Source: Phycisphaerales bacterium
Lineage (GTDB): Bacteria > Planctomycetota > Phycisphaerae > Phycisphaerales > SM1A02
Assembly (NCBI GenBank): GCA_009692045.1
Contig: SIAA01000007.1
Location: 3,202-67,201, forward strand
Length of the DNA: 64,000 nucleotides
Direction of reading: 5' to 3'
The position numbers and the translations under genes are program-made. Under the pieces are notes generated by a model, which saw nothing but the letters and a program-made list of their open reading frames with translations, ran no database searches and was not told where the DNA came from. Numbering within the stretch: position 1 is the first letter of the stretch; each line of letters begins with the position of its first letter. Positions 29,811 through 39,493 of the stretch are shown piece after piece.

Positions 29811-30731
29811 GTGGCATTTCGGCTAGCGCTCGACTTGGTGAAGCGGAGTCTGAGCAAGACGGCCAAGATGCTGGGGGGCGGGTTGCGGTCGATGCTCCAC
29901 GGCAGGGTGCTGGATGACGCAACCATTACCCAGATTGAGGAGCGCCTGATCGCTGCTGATGTTGGTGTGCATGCGGCGAGGGAGATAACAGCGGCACTGC
30001 GGGCGGAGTTTCGCTCGGGACGGGTGGAGCGCGGCGAGGATGCCATCGAGTTTCTCAAGCGGTCCTTGAAGGCGCGCTGGGGAGCGGCGAGCATCGCGTT
30101 GGCGCGAAGTCCTATGGGCCCTACCGTGTTCCTCGTGGCTGGGGTCAATGGCGCTGGTAAGACCACCAGCATTGCCAAGATCGCTCGCGAGTTGCGAGGA
30201 CAAGGCCGAACTGTTCTCTTGGCCGCGGCCGACACCTTTCGTGCCGGCGCCGTGGAGCAACTTTCCATCTGGGGAAGTCGGTTGGGAGTTGAGGTGGTGC
30301 GGGGTGCGGCTGGTGGTGATCCCGCGGCAGTCGCCTTCGACGCGGCTCAGGCAGCGGTGAAGCGAGGTGTTGATGTTCTGCTCGTGGACACAGCTGGTCG
30401 ACTGCACAATCAGGAGAACCTGATGCGCGAACTCACCAAGATCAAGTCGGTGGTCTCTCGTTGCATTCCCGGTGCGCCTCATGAAACGCTGCTGGTTGTG
30501 GACGCAACTGCCGGGCAGAATGCCCTGGTGCAGGCTCGGATGTTTGCCGCGGCCATCGAGGTCACGGGGATCTTTCTCGCCAAGATCGATGGCACGGCCA
30601 AGGGGGGAATAGTGGTTGCCATTCAGGATGAACTGAAGATTCCGGTCAAACTGTTGGGAACCGGCGAGACGCCGGAGGATGTTCAGCCATTCGATCCAGA
30701 TTCTTTCATCGAAGCGATGTTTGCCGAGTAA
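29811..30731 (+). CDS. ftsY: Signal recognition particle receptor FtsY, short form (NG domain only)
   Basis: GTG start. GVNGAGKTTSIAKIA, AADTFRAGAVEQL, LVDTAGRLHNQENLMREL and LAKIDGTAKGG. Confidence 0.93.
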   Translation: MAFRLALDLVKRSLSKTAKMLGGGLRSMLHGRVLDDATITQIEERLIAADVGVHAAREITAALRAEFRSGRVERGEDAIEFLKRSLKARWGAASIALARSPMGPTVFLVAGVNGAGKTTSIAKIARELRGQGRTVLLAAADTFRAGAVEQLSIWGSRLGVEVVRGAAGGDPAAVAFDAAQAAVKRGVDVLLVDTAGRLHNQENLMRELTKIKSVVSRCIPGAPHETLLVVDATAGQNALVQARMFAAAIEVTGIFLAKIDGTAKGGIVVAIQDELKIPVKLLGTGETPEDVQPFDPDSFIEAMFAE

Positions 30732-30740
30732 ACTTCTTCC

Positions 30741-31394
30741 ATGCTCCACTCGAGTGCTAACAGAGCATTCACCCTAGTCGAGATGCTGGTCGTCATCGGC
30801 ATCATCGGGCTGCTGACCGGGCTGGTCGTTCCCAGTCTCAGTGGTGTTCGGGCAACCGCGATGAATACGCGCTGCCTGAACAATCTGCGCAATGACTTCG
30901 TGCCCATCACCAGTTGGATGCAGGCGCACCGGGGCCAGTTGCCCATGGCCGAGTTTCTGCCGGCGGCCTCTGATGCGGGACCGCAGGGGGGATTGCCTGC
31001 GCTTCTGGATGGATACCTCCCCAAGGACAGTGACACCTGGAGATGCCCGTCCGATCACGACGATGATTCACTTGCCACGGGCACGAGCTATCTCTACATG
31101 CCAGGACTGCTGCGCTGGACACCCAATGTCCAGTTTGATGTAGTGCAACTGCTTCTGGCGCTGGCACCCGATACCTCTGATCGGGAGCGGGATCGAATCC
31201 GCACCGAGGCCGAGTCGCGTCTGGTGCTCAACTTTCTAGAGAGAGACACCTCCGGCGCATTCGGCCTGCTCATCGACAGTCAGGATCGCCACACCCACGG
31301 CACGCGCCAACCCCGCAACATCGTGTTTCTTGACGGCACGGCGCGCGAAGCCGTCGTTAGCGGTGAGTCCGGCGACAATGAGGCTGTAGATTGA
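30741..31394 (+). CDS. Prepilin-type N-terminal cleavage/methylation-domain protein (pseudopilin-like, planctomycete H-Xn-DG type)
   Basis: N-terminus RAFTLVEMLVVIGIIGLLTGLVVPSL. The C-terminal HGTRQPRNIVFLDGTA resembles the H-X9-DG tail, here with an 11-residue spacer. Confidence 0.75.
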   Translation: MLHSSANRAFTLVEMLVVIGIIGLLTGLVVPSLSGVRATAMNTRCLNNLRNDFVPITSWMQAHRGQLPMAEFLPAASDAGPQGGLPALLDGYLPKDSDTWRCPSDHDDDSLATGTSYLYMPGLLRWTPNVQFDVVQLLLALAPDTSDRERDRIRTEAESRLVLNFLERDTSGAFGLLIDSQDRHTHGTRQPRNIVFLDGTAREAVVSGESGDNEAVD

Positions 31395-31412
31395 CCCTAT
31401 GAGAGACCTCCT

Positions 31413-32150
31413 GTGAGCACCTGGAATGACATTCGGCAGTTCGACTTCTCGGATCTTTCCGAGTGGTGCGCTCAGCGGCGGTCACAGATCATCAAGACAA
31501 CCGTCTCGCTGTTGATTCTGCTCCTGCTCTCCGTGAGTGCATACTGGTGGTTCGAGGTTCGCTTCCGCCCACCACCGAGCATCTTTGACACGCCCGTTGA
31601 TGGTGTGCTCGGTTACCTGGCACTCGACGACTTCAGCCAACTATCGCTGGAGGAGCGCCTCAAGTTCCTGACGGAGTTGGCCGATCGATTCCGCGGCATG
31701 GAAGCATCGGACTCGGCGCTCATGGCCAGTTTCCTTGCTGGACTCGGCGGACCAGCCAAGGAGCAACTGCGGCAGAATGTTCGTGACTTGGCCAAGGACA
31801 TCCTCGCTGACAGTGCCGACAGCTATCTCAATCTTCCTGCTGATCAGCGGGGCGCATTCATTGATCAGTGGGCCGTTGACTGGATGAAGCGGGGCGAACG
31901 ACTGGCAAGTGGCAAGGACAGCGACAAGTCGGACGCGGAAAGGCTGACCCAGATTCGCAAGGACGCCACGCGTCAGGATGATCGCACGGCGCGCCGTCAA
32001 GGCACTCCGACCGAACTGGGCAGCGGCGGTGCTATGCAGATGCTTGACCTCTGGCAGTCCGAGGTAGAGCCAGCATCAAGCCCCAAGGAGCAGGGGCAAA
32101 TCGTGCGCTTTCTTGACGATGTGCGCAAGCGATTCTCGCGGGCGTTCTAG
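31413..32150 (+). CDS. Hypothetical single-pass membrane protein
   Basis: GTG start. One TM helix (TVSLLILLLLSVSAYWWF), then a charged helical domain. No recognisable motif. It is packed between the pseudopilin-like gene (18-nt gap) and hrpB (3-nt gap). Confidence 0.5.
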   Translation: MSTWNDIRQFDFSDLSEWCAQRRSQIIKTTVSLLILLLLSVSAYWWFEVRFRPPPSIFDTPVDGVLGYLALDDFSQLSLEERLKFLTELADRFRGMEASDSALMASFLAGLGGPAKEQLRQNVRDLAKDILADSADSYLNLPADQRGAFIDQWAVDWMKRGERLASGKDSDKSDAERLTQIRKDATRQDDRTARRQGTPTELGSGGAMQMLDLWQSEVEPASSPKEQGQIVRFLDDVRKRFSRAF

Positions 32151-32153
32151 CTC

Positions 32154-34667
32154 GTGCCTCCCCATGCCGATCTGCCCATCATGGCGCATGCGGAGGAGAT
32201 CCTTCGCAAAGTCTCCGCTCCGGCCAGCAGGGTGGTGTTGGCTGCACCTACAGGCAGCGGAAAGACCACCCAAGTTCCGCGCATGATTCTCGAAGGGGTT
32301 GAGGGTACGGGGCGAGTGATTGTCCTTCAGCCTCGGCGTCTGGCCGCGCGCGCGGTGGCCAACCGAGTCGCTTGGGAAATGGGATGTGAGGTCGGATCTC
32401 TCGTTGGATATGAAACCCGATTCGAGCGCAAGGTCTCGCGGCAATCGCGCTTGGTATTCATGACCGATGGACTGTTTCTGCGGCGTTTGCTCCGACCCGG
32501 CGCATGGGGCGATGTGAACACGGTCATCATCGATGAGTTTCATGAGAGATCGATCGCCTCTGACCTGATCGCTGGACTGGTGCGCCGTGCGCAGGCGGGC
32601 GGCGAAAGTGTGCGCCTCCTGGCGATGAGCGCCACTATCGATGCCCAGAGGCTCGCCACTGCTCTCGAGGCATCGCTCATTTTCAGTGCGGGGAGACTTC
32701 ATCCCATCGACATTCGCTACGGCGGCGATGTGCCGCAGATGGTGGCAGGTCGCCGCGGACCCGCCATCTGGGATGTCGCCAGTAACGCTCTGGCCGGTTT
32801 GATCCGCGAGGGCATCGAGGGAGATGCGCTGGTGTTCATGCCGGGCAAGTCGGAGATTTCCCGTTGCATGGAGAGCATGGCAAGTTGCATGCGATCGCTG
32901 GGAGAGCAGGCGGAGGTGCTGCCACTTCATGGTTCGCTCGAGCCGGCCCAGCAGGATCGCGCCCTCGCTCCCAGTAAGAAGCGCAAGATCGTTGTCGCCA
33001 CCAACATTGCAGAAACCAGCCTCACGATCGAGGGCATTCGCATAGTCATCGACTCGGGTCTGGCTAGGGTGGCGCGATTCGATGCCCTGCGCGACTTGAA
33101 TGCGCTGCGAGTGGAGCCCATCAGCGCCTCGAGTGCGGCGCAGCGCGCGGGGCGGGCGGGGCGGACAGCACCGGGAGTATGCGTGCGGTTGTGGAGTACC
33201 GCCTCCCAAGCGAGGAAGCCCGAGTTCGACGAACCAGAGATTTGGCGCATCGAGTTCTCGGAGTCGTTGTTGACGCTGCTCTCTTGCTCGGTATCAAGTG
33301 TGGACGAGTTCCCGTGGATCGACTCGCCCTCGCCCCTGGCATTGGCACATGCCCTTGATGTGCTGCGGCTGACCGGTGCTATCGACGAGCGTCGCGAGTT
33401 GACGCCGGTCGGGCAAACCATGGCCTCGATGGCAGTTCATCCTCGTCTGGCGAGAGCCATGCTCGAGTCCGTCACTGCGGGCTGCGTCCAGGAGTGCGCG
33501 CGCATGTGCGCGGTGGCGGCTGGTCGCGATGTTTTGTGGGGGAACGCTGGGGTGGAGTCTCTTGAGATAGGTGAGTCTCCCTGCGATCTGCTGGTTCGAA
33601 GTCGAGTCTTGGCGCAGTTCATGTCAGACCGAGCACCGGCAGGGGCTGATCTTGACGCATGCCGCGAGGCGGCCCGCACTGCCGAGGATCTGATTCGTGC
33701 CACGCAGCAGGCGGGTTCGCATGCAGGCGCAGCGGCCTCCGTGCCTGACTGTCCCCCATCACGGTGTCTGCTACGGGCATTTCCTGATCGCGTTGGATGG
33801 AGGCCTGATCCGCTTCGAGATGTGGTGTTGATTCCCGGCCGCCGCAAGACGGTTCTTGATGCCAAGTCACTGGTGCGAGGGGCTGGTCCACTCCTCGCTC
33901 TGGAGATTCGCGAGTCGCCCGATGGCTCGCGATCAGTGGTGACCTCGGCCACACCGCTGGCACCAAAGTGGGTGGAAGAGGACTGCGCATCACGCTTCAC
34001 GCGCACCACTACGGAGCGGTGGGACGCAGTCAGCAGCGCTGTGATCCAAGTCGAAGAGTCAAAGTTCGCTGGCGTGTTGCTGCACACAGTGGAGCGGCCG
34101 TCGCGTGATTCCATCGCCGCGGGGCAGGTGCTGGCCGACCTGTGGGGTTCCGGAGAGTTCACTCCCGACTCGTGGAACGAGGAAGTGACCCAGTGGATCG
34201 AGCGCGTGCGATCTCTGCGTCTGTGCTGCCCCGAGCACCATCTCTTGGCCTATGACGAGGATGATCTCCGAGTGCTCCGTTTGGAAATCTGTGCTGGATG
34301 TACCCGCCTGAAGGAACTGCACACAAGCGACTGTTTGGCGGCGGTTCGAGGCGCCCTCACGAACGAGGAGAGGCATCTTGTTGACCGACTGGTTCCGGCG
34401 GCGATCTCACTTCCTGCCGGCCGCCGCATGCGCTTGGAATACCGAGCCGGCAGTCCTCCCCGCGGCAAGTCGCGCATTCAGGATTTTTACGGCCTTGACC
34501 GCACTCCTACTGTTGCTGGCGGTCGCCTGCCAGTTGTGCTGGAAATCACCGGCCCCAACAACCGTCCCCTGCAGGTGACCCAAGACCTCGCGGAGTTCTG
34601 GAAGACCCTCTATCCACAGTTGCGGGGCGAGTTGCGTCGACGGTATCCCAGCCACGAGTGGCGTTGA
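32154..34667 (+). CDS. hrpB: ATP-dependent DEAH-box RNA helicase HrpB
   Basis: APTGSGKTTQVP, DEFHERS, SATI, FMPGKSEI, TNIAETSLTIEGI and QRAGRAGR, plus the long HrpB-type C-terminal domain. The start is a GTG at 32154 or the ATG at 32181. Confidence 0.88.
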   Translation: MPPHADLPIMAHAEEILRKVSAPASRVVLAAPTGSGKTTQVPRMILEGVEGTGRVIVLQPRRLAARAVANRVAWEMGCEVGSLVGYETRFERKVSRQSRLVFMTDGLFLRRLLRPGAWGDVNTVIIDEFHERSIASDLIAGLVRRAQAGGESVRLLAMSATIDAQRLATALEASLIFSAGRLHPIDIRYGGDVPQMVAGRRGPAIWDVASNALAGLIREGIEGDALVFMPGKSEISRCMESMASCMRSLGEQAEVLPLHGSLEPAQQDRALAPSKKRKIVVATNIAETSLTIEGIRIVIDSGLARVARFDALRDLNALRVEPISASSAAQRAGRAGRTAPGVCVRLWSTASQARKPEFDEPEIWRIEFSESLLTLLSCSVSSVDEFPWIDSPSPLALAHALDVLRLTGAIDERRELTPVGQTMASMAVHPRLARAMLESVTAGCVQECARMCAVAAGRDVLWGNAGVESLEIGESPCDLLVRSRVLAQFMSDRAPAGADLDACREAARTAEDLIRATQQAGSHAGAAASVPDCPPSRCLLRAFPDRVGWRPDPLRDVVLIPGRRKTVLDAKSLVRGAGPLLALEIRESPDGSRSVVTSATPLAPKWVEEDCASRFTRTTTERWDAVSSAVIQVEESKFAGVLLHTVERPSRDSIAAGQVLADLWGSGEFTPDSWNEEVTQWIERVRSLRLCCPEHHLLAYDEDDLRVLRLEICAGCTRLKELHTSDCLAAVRGALTNEERHLVDRLVPAAISLPAGRRMRLEYRAGSPPRGKSRIQDFYGLDRTPTVAGGRLPVVLEITGPNNRPLQVTQDLAEFWKTLYPQLRGELRRRYPSHEWR

Positions 34668-34668
34668 G

Positions 34669-35475
34669 TCATGTCGAGCCTTCGGGCGGCGAGTCGATTC
34701 CCATCCAGGCGTCGCCTGCTCGAAGGCTCCTGCGCGCGGGGTATCTACCGCTTCTCGTTCCCTCTCCTTCTCGCGTAGCAGAGTCTTGGGAGAAGCGGGG
34801 AAGACCCGGGCACCAGACTCGGCGATGCCGGTACACATCCGAGACAATCTGCACCGCTTCGGCGACATCGTCGGTCAGATAAAAGAGATCGAAGTCGCTG
34901 GGGGAAATCGTCTTGTACTCGGTAGCAAGAACTTTTCGCATCCAGTCGAGCATTCCTTTCCAGAACTCGGTTCCCACCAGCACAACGGGGAAGGGTTCAA
35001 TCTTCAGAGTCTGGATGAGGGTTAGAGACTCGAACAGCTCATCAAGAGTTCCGAATCCACCCGGGAAGATGATGAAGCCTCTGGCGTACTTGACGAACAT
35101 CACCTTGCGTACGAAGAAATAACGGAACGAGAGTCCAACAGTCTGATATGGATTCGGATCCTGCTCCTGCGGGAGTGTGATGTTCAGCCCCACCGAGACT
35201 CCACCGGCATCGCGCGCGCCACGATTGGCTGCCTCCATGATGCCTGGCCCGCCTCCCGTGATCACGGCGAAACCCTCACCGACCAAGAGCCGCGCGCACT
35301 CCTGAGCGCGCTGATACTCGCGGCTCTCGGGAGCAAGTCGAGCCGAGCCGAACACGCTGACCGCCGGCGGCAGTCTCACCAGTTGATCAACACCATCAAC
35401 AAACTCGCTCATGATGCGCAACGCCCGCCAAGCCTCAGGTTGGGTCGCCCGCTGGTAGTCGTCCTTATGCATCAA
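34669..35475 (-). CDS. LOG-family (TIGR00730-type) nucleotide 5'-monophosphate nucleosidase
   Basis: VSVFGSAR, ITGGGPGIMEAANRGA, and PGGFGTLDELFE. The Arg-rich C-terminal tail of about 45 aa is not typical of the family. Confidence 0.84.
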   Translation of the reverse strand: MMHKDDYQRATQPEAWRALRIMSEFVDGVDQLVRLPPAVSVFGSARLAPESREYQRAQECARLLVGEGFAVITGGGPGIMEAANRGARDAGGVSVGLNITLPQEQDPNPYQTVGLSFRYFFVRKVMFVKYARGFIIFPGGFGTLDELFESLTLIQTLKIEPFPVVLVGTEFWKGMLDWMRKVLATEYKTISPSDFDLFYLTDDVAEAVQIVSDVYRHRRVWCPGLPRFSQDSATREGEGTRSGRYPARRSLRAGDAWMGIDSPPEGST

Positions 35476-35587
35476 CGAAGTCTAAGACATGGGCAGAACC
35501 CCGCGGGTGTCATAACCACTTATGCAGAACACAGTTATAGATGGCGCTTTGCATTCACATAGGCATTTGCTGTAAACTGCCCTCAAC

Positions 35588-37030
35588 ATGACAAAGCCAG
35601 TTCCCGCCCGGTCTTCAGGCCGGGCGTCTTCATCAAGTGCCAAGGTTGCCATCAAGCGTCCTGAGATCACCAACTATCAGACGGCACTGCGATGGCTTCA
35701 TGAACGGACTGACATTGAGCGAATGCGAAATGTCCGCCCCGATGACAACGCTTTCAAACTGGATCGCATGCGCAAGTTGTTAGGGGCACTCGGCAATCCT
35801 CATCAACAGATCAAGACCGTTCATGTTGCGGGTACGGTAGGCAAGGGGAGTACGGTGGCCATGATCGCCACCATGCTTGACTCCTGCGGTTACACCGTGG
35901 GCCAGTACACCAGTCCGCATCTAATAGATGTGCGCGAGCGCATCAGCATCAACGGTCAGCAGGTGTCGAAGCCGAGGTTTACCGAGTTGGTGAAGGAGGT
36001 CGCCCAGGCTGCTGCTGACAACAGGATCGATCCCACATTCTTTGAGGCGATCACAGCCGTGGGGATGTGTCACTTCGCGGAGGAAGCGGTCGATGTCGCG
36101 GTCATCGAAGTTGGTCTGGGCGGACGCCTTGACTCAACCAATGTGATTACTCCTATGGTGTCGGTCATCACCGCCATTGATCTCGACCACACGCGAATTC
36201 TGGGCAACACCATCGCAGCTATTGCCAAGGAGAAGGCAGGAATCTTCAAGAGGGGTGTGCCTGCCCTCTTCTTTGCCCAGTCACCCGAAGTTGATCGAGT
36301 GCTGCAGGAGGCCGCGGGCGCCGCCGGCACCGAGCTGCGAATCGTCAACAAGGACATCGAATTCTCCAGCCGGTTCTGCTCGACTCCCGAGCTCGGGCCG
36401 CACACGCGAGTGTGTCTCTACACCAAGACAACGCGCTTGGAACACTTGCCCGTGCCTCTGCCCGGTGAGCATCAGGCTGCCAACTGCGGGCTGGCGCTGG
36501 CGGTGATGGATGTGCTCAAGGGCTGTGGATTTCAGTGTCCCGAGGACAAGGTGGCAACTGGTTTGGCACGCACCAAGGTTCCAGGTCGGATGGATTTGAT
36601 TCTCGAGCGCCCGCGGATTCTCGTGGATGGCGCCCACAATCCGATCAGCGTCGGTTCGCTGATGCGATGCGCTGGTGCTCATGTGCCCTATGACTCCATG
36701 GTGTGCATCTTCGGCTGCTGCCAGGACAAAGATCTCGGCGCCATGCTCGACAAGGTGAATCTGGGCGCCGACAAGGTGGTGTTTACCCGGGCCTCAAGCA
36801 ATCCCCGCGCTGCTGATCCCTTCGAGTTGCAACGCCTGTTCGCTGAGCGCAGCGGCAAGATGAGTCAGGCTGTTCGAACGCTTCCCGAGGCCCTCGAGAT
36901 TGCGCTCCGTGCCGTCTCGCGGGATGATCTCATCTGCATCACTGGCTCCTTCTATCTAGTGGGAGAGGCAATGCAGTATGTGGCTGATCGTCGGGCGGCT
37001 GCCCTCGATCCGGCGGAGTCGGTGCGTTAG
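35588..37030 (+). CDS. folC: Bifunctional folylpolyglutamate synthase / dihydrofolate synthase
   Basis: HVAGTVGKGST P-loop, SPHLIDVRERI, EVGLGGRLDSTNV, EKAGIFK, and VDGAHNP. Confidence 0.88.
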   Translation: MTKPVPARSSGRASSSSAKVAIKRPEITNYQTALRWLHERTDIERMRNVRPDDNAFKLDRMRKLLGALGNPHQQIKTVHVAGTVGKGSTVAMIATMLDSCGYTVGQYTSPHLIDVRERISINGQQVSKPRFTELVKEVAQAAADNRIDPTFFEAITAVGMCHFAEEAVDVAVIEVGLGGRLDSTNVITPMVSVITAIDLDHTRILGNTIAAIAKEKAGIFKRGVPALFFAQSPEVDRVLQEAAGAAGTELRIVNKDIEFSSRFCSTPELGPHTRVCLYTKTTRLEHLPVPLPGEHQAANCGLALAVMDVLKGCGFQCPEDKVATGLARTKVPGRMDLILERPRILVDGAHNPISVGSLMRCAGAHVPYDSMVCIFGCCQDKDLGAMLDKVNLGADKVVFTRASSNPRAADPFELQRLFAERSGKMSQAVRTLPEALEIALRAVSRDDLICITGSFYLVGEAMQYVADRRAAALDPAESVR

Positions 37031-37042
37031 GGGGCGCGAGCG

Positions 37043-39478
37043 CTACTTTGATTCAAGTTGGGCGAGCAGCGCTTCGGAAGAAGCGCGCGATGGCTCGTCA
37101 TTGAGGGTGGCGAAAGTGGCACTCGCCTCGCGCAGCAGTGGCGCGGCCTCGCTGCCTCTCCCCGCATCTATCAGACCCTTTGAGTAGGCGAGGCAGGCGC
37201 GAGCAACTTCCCGTCCGCCACCTGGGAACTCATGACGCAGTGATTGCAAAGCATCCGATCGGGCCTTCAGGGCTCCAGGAATATCATCGAGTCGCTCGCA
37301 GGCGCGAGCTGCGACCTCCAGCGAGGCGGCTTCGAGTTCTGGTTTGTCGCGAGCTCGGACCCGCGCCGACTGTCTGGCGAGGGCAAGGGCGCGTGTCGCA
37401 TCTCCCTCGTTGCGCAGCAGAGCATCGGCCAACTCGACTTTTGCTTGAGCGACGGTCAGGTGTTCTTCTCCGAACTTTGGCTCCAGAAGGGCGAGCGCCT
37501 GATCAAAGTTGCTCAAAGCAGCCGCAGTCTGTCCCATCTGCATCTGAATGCGGCCCAGGGAACCAACGATTCGGCCAATCCGCCAGTCGTTGGGACCAAG
37601 CTTGGCACGAATGATGGCGGATGACTGCAGATAGAGCTTGGCAGCTTCTTCAGGGTGATGCCTGACGATCGCTGAGGCACGAGAGTTGAGAGCCGATGCG
37701 ACCTGCTCAGACTCGGCGCCAAAGAGCCGTTCGCGCATGGCGAGGGACTCCTGGTACAGCACGCGAGACTCTTCCTCTCTCCCCAGAATATTCTCGAGAT
37801 AGGACAGATGCAGCAGCGTGTCGGATGTAACAACGGCATCCCCCACGATGAGTGCGCGCTTGATTTCCAGGGACTCGGCATAGGCCTTACGCGACTCTTC
37901 GAAGCGCCTCTCAAAAAAGAGCGCCCGGCCCAGGAGGTGAAGCGAAGCAGCTAGAGCCAGTCTCTCGTCATCGTCACCGGATGCATCGGCACTAACGCGC
38001 CGAGCCGCCACGGCGCTGTTCAGGTTGGCGAGCGCCTGGGCAAAATCATGAAAGGTCATCTGGACCAGCCCCACCGTCTCCTGTACTGATGCTGCGAGAT
38101 CAGGCTCTTCCGAGAGGTTGTCGCGGAGGGAGCCCTGCACAGTGTCTAGGAAATCCCGCATCGTTGCCTTGGGGCCGCTGGAGCCGCTCTCCAGGTCGGC
38201 ACTGCGCAGAGCCCCGACGAATGTTTCAAGCGTGCGCTCAGATCGCAGTTGTTCGGTGCGCGCCTTCTGGTAAAGAAACAGAAGCGAAATGGAACTTGCG
38301 ACGAGCATCATTGAGATGAGCGCTGCCGCCGACACCCCGGTGCGATGACGAGTAACAAACTTGCGCGCCCGATACACCGCGCTCGGAGGCCCCGCCGTTA
38401 CAGGCTCCTGCACGAGAAATCGCTGCAGATCGGCGGCTAGTTCGCTTGCCGATGGATAGCGCCTCTCACGATCCTTATCGAGGCACTTCATGATCACCCA
38501 GTCAAGGTCGCCTCGGAGTTGCCCCATCAGAGTCTTTGGTTCAATTCGGCGCGAGTTGGCGATGCTGCGAATGGTGGTATCGCCAGCCGTTGGTAGCGAC
38601 CCAAGCCTGGTGCTGGGACGCGGCGGTTCCGACTCACAAATCATTTTCTGCAGCTCACCGAGCGTCGCCTTGCGAAGCGACTCAGGATCGAATGGCAGTG
38701 ATCCGGTCAGAAGTTCATAGAGAACCACGCCGAGCGAATAAACATCGCTGCGTGTGTCAACATCTCGTGAGCCAGCCGAAGCCTGCTCTGGGCTCATGTA
38801 GGCGGGTGTTCCCAAGAACTGGCCCACGACCGTTTGCTCAACATCGCCCAGCGCCCCCTGATGCAGCGCCTTGGCGATGCCGAAGTCGATCACTTTGGCG
38901 CGGTAGCCCGTGCCTTCGGGTGCGATGAGGATGTTTGCTGGCTTTAGGTCGCGGTGCAGAACCCCCTTGCTGTGGGCGTGCTGCACTCCATCGCAGACCT
39001 GCATAAAGAGGACTATCCGCCCACGAATGTCCAATCGTTGCGAGTCGGCAAACTTGAGCAGTGTCTCACCTTGGACAAACTCCATCACAAAGTAGGGGCG
39101 ACCATCCGCTGTCACTCCCGCGTCGAGCACCTTGCTCACGGAAGGATGATCCATCAGTGCCAGTGCCTGTCGCTCTGCTTCGAATCGCGCTACAACTGCC
39201 TCGCTGTCCATCCCCGACTTGAGCAGCTTCAGAGCCACTCGCCGGCGAACAGGCTCAGTTTGTTCGGCGAGATAGACAACTCCGAATCCGCCCTCGCCAA
39301 GAAGTTTCTCGATTCTGTAGTTGCCAATCACGCTGATTGCTGGTCGAAATGGAGCCGCAACAATGCCAGAGCGCGGAACCGGGGCCGCCGTCACCTCGCC
39401 GGCAGCGGCACCAGCCGTGGCACTGGGCGGGCGGCCGGGCGCGGGCTGATCGATAGTGCGATCCGACTCGGCTGACAT
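37043..39478 (-). CDS. Ser/Thr protein kinase with a TM segment and a C-terminal TPR-like repeat domain
   Basis: GEGGFGVVYLA, VALKLLK, HRDLKPANIL, DFGIAK and GTPAYMSPEQ. TM helix AALISMMLVASSISLLFLY. Then about 400 aa of repeated helical A/L-rich TPR-like units. Confidence 0.9.
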   Translation of the reverse strand: MSAESDRTIDQPAPGRPPSATAGAAAGEVTAAPVPRSGIVAAPFRPAISVIGNYRIEKLLGEGGFGVVYLAEQTEPVRRRVALKLLKSGMDSEAVVARFEAERQALALMDHPSVSKVLDAGVTADGRPYFVMEFVQGETLLKFADSQRLDIRGRIVLFMQVCDGVQHAHSKGVLHRDLKPANILIAPEGTGYRAKVIDFGIAKALHQGALGDVEQTVVGQFLGTPAYMSPEQASAGSRDVDTRSDVYSLGVVLYELLTGSLPFDPESLRKATLGELQKMICESEPPRPSTRLGSLPTAGDTTIRSIANSRRIEPKTLMGQLRGDLDWVIMKCLDKDRERRYPSASELAADLQRFLVQEPVTAGPPSAVYRARKFVTRHRTGVSAAALISMMLVASSISLLFLYQKARTEQLRSERTLETFVGALRSADLESGSSGPKATMRDFLDTVQGSLRDNLSEEPDLAASVQETVGLVQMTFHDFAQALANLNSAVAARRVSADASGDDDERLALAASLHLLGRALFFERRFEESRKAYAESLEIKRALIVGDAVVTSDTLLHLSYLENILGREEESRVLYQESLAMRERLFGAESEQVASALNSRASAIVRHHPEEAAKLYLQSSAIIRAKLGPNDWRIGRIVGSLGRIQMQMGQTAAALSNFDQALALLEPKFGEEHLTVAQAKVELADALLRNEGDATRALALARQSARVRARDKPELEAASLEVAARACERLDDIPGALKARSDALQSLRHEFPGGGREVARACLAYSKGLIDAGRGSEAAPLLREASATFATLNDEPSRASSEALLAQLESK

Positions 39479-39493
39479 GCGCTTGATCTTACG

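Noticed and set aside
29823-30749. 308-codon minus-strand ORF co-extensive with ftsY
   Set aside because: It is a shadow ORF opposite a gene with clear SRP-GTPase motifs, and its translation has no motifs.
32076-33209. 377-codon minus-strand ORF opposite the 5' half of hrpB
   Set aside because: It is a shadow ORF. hrpB carries the full DEAH helicase motif set on the + strand.
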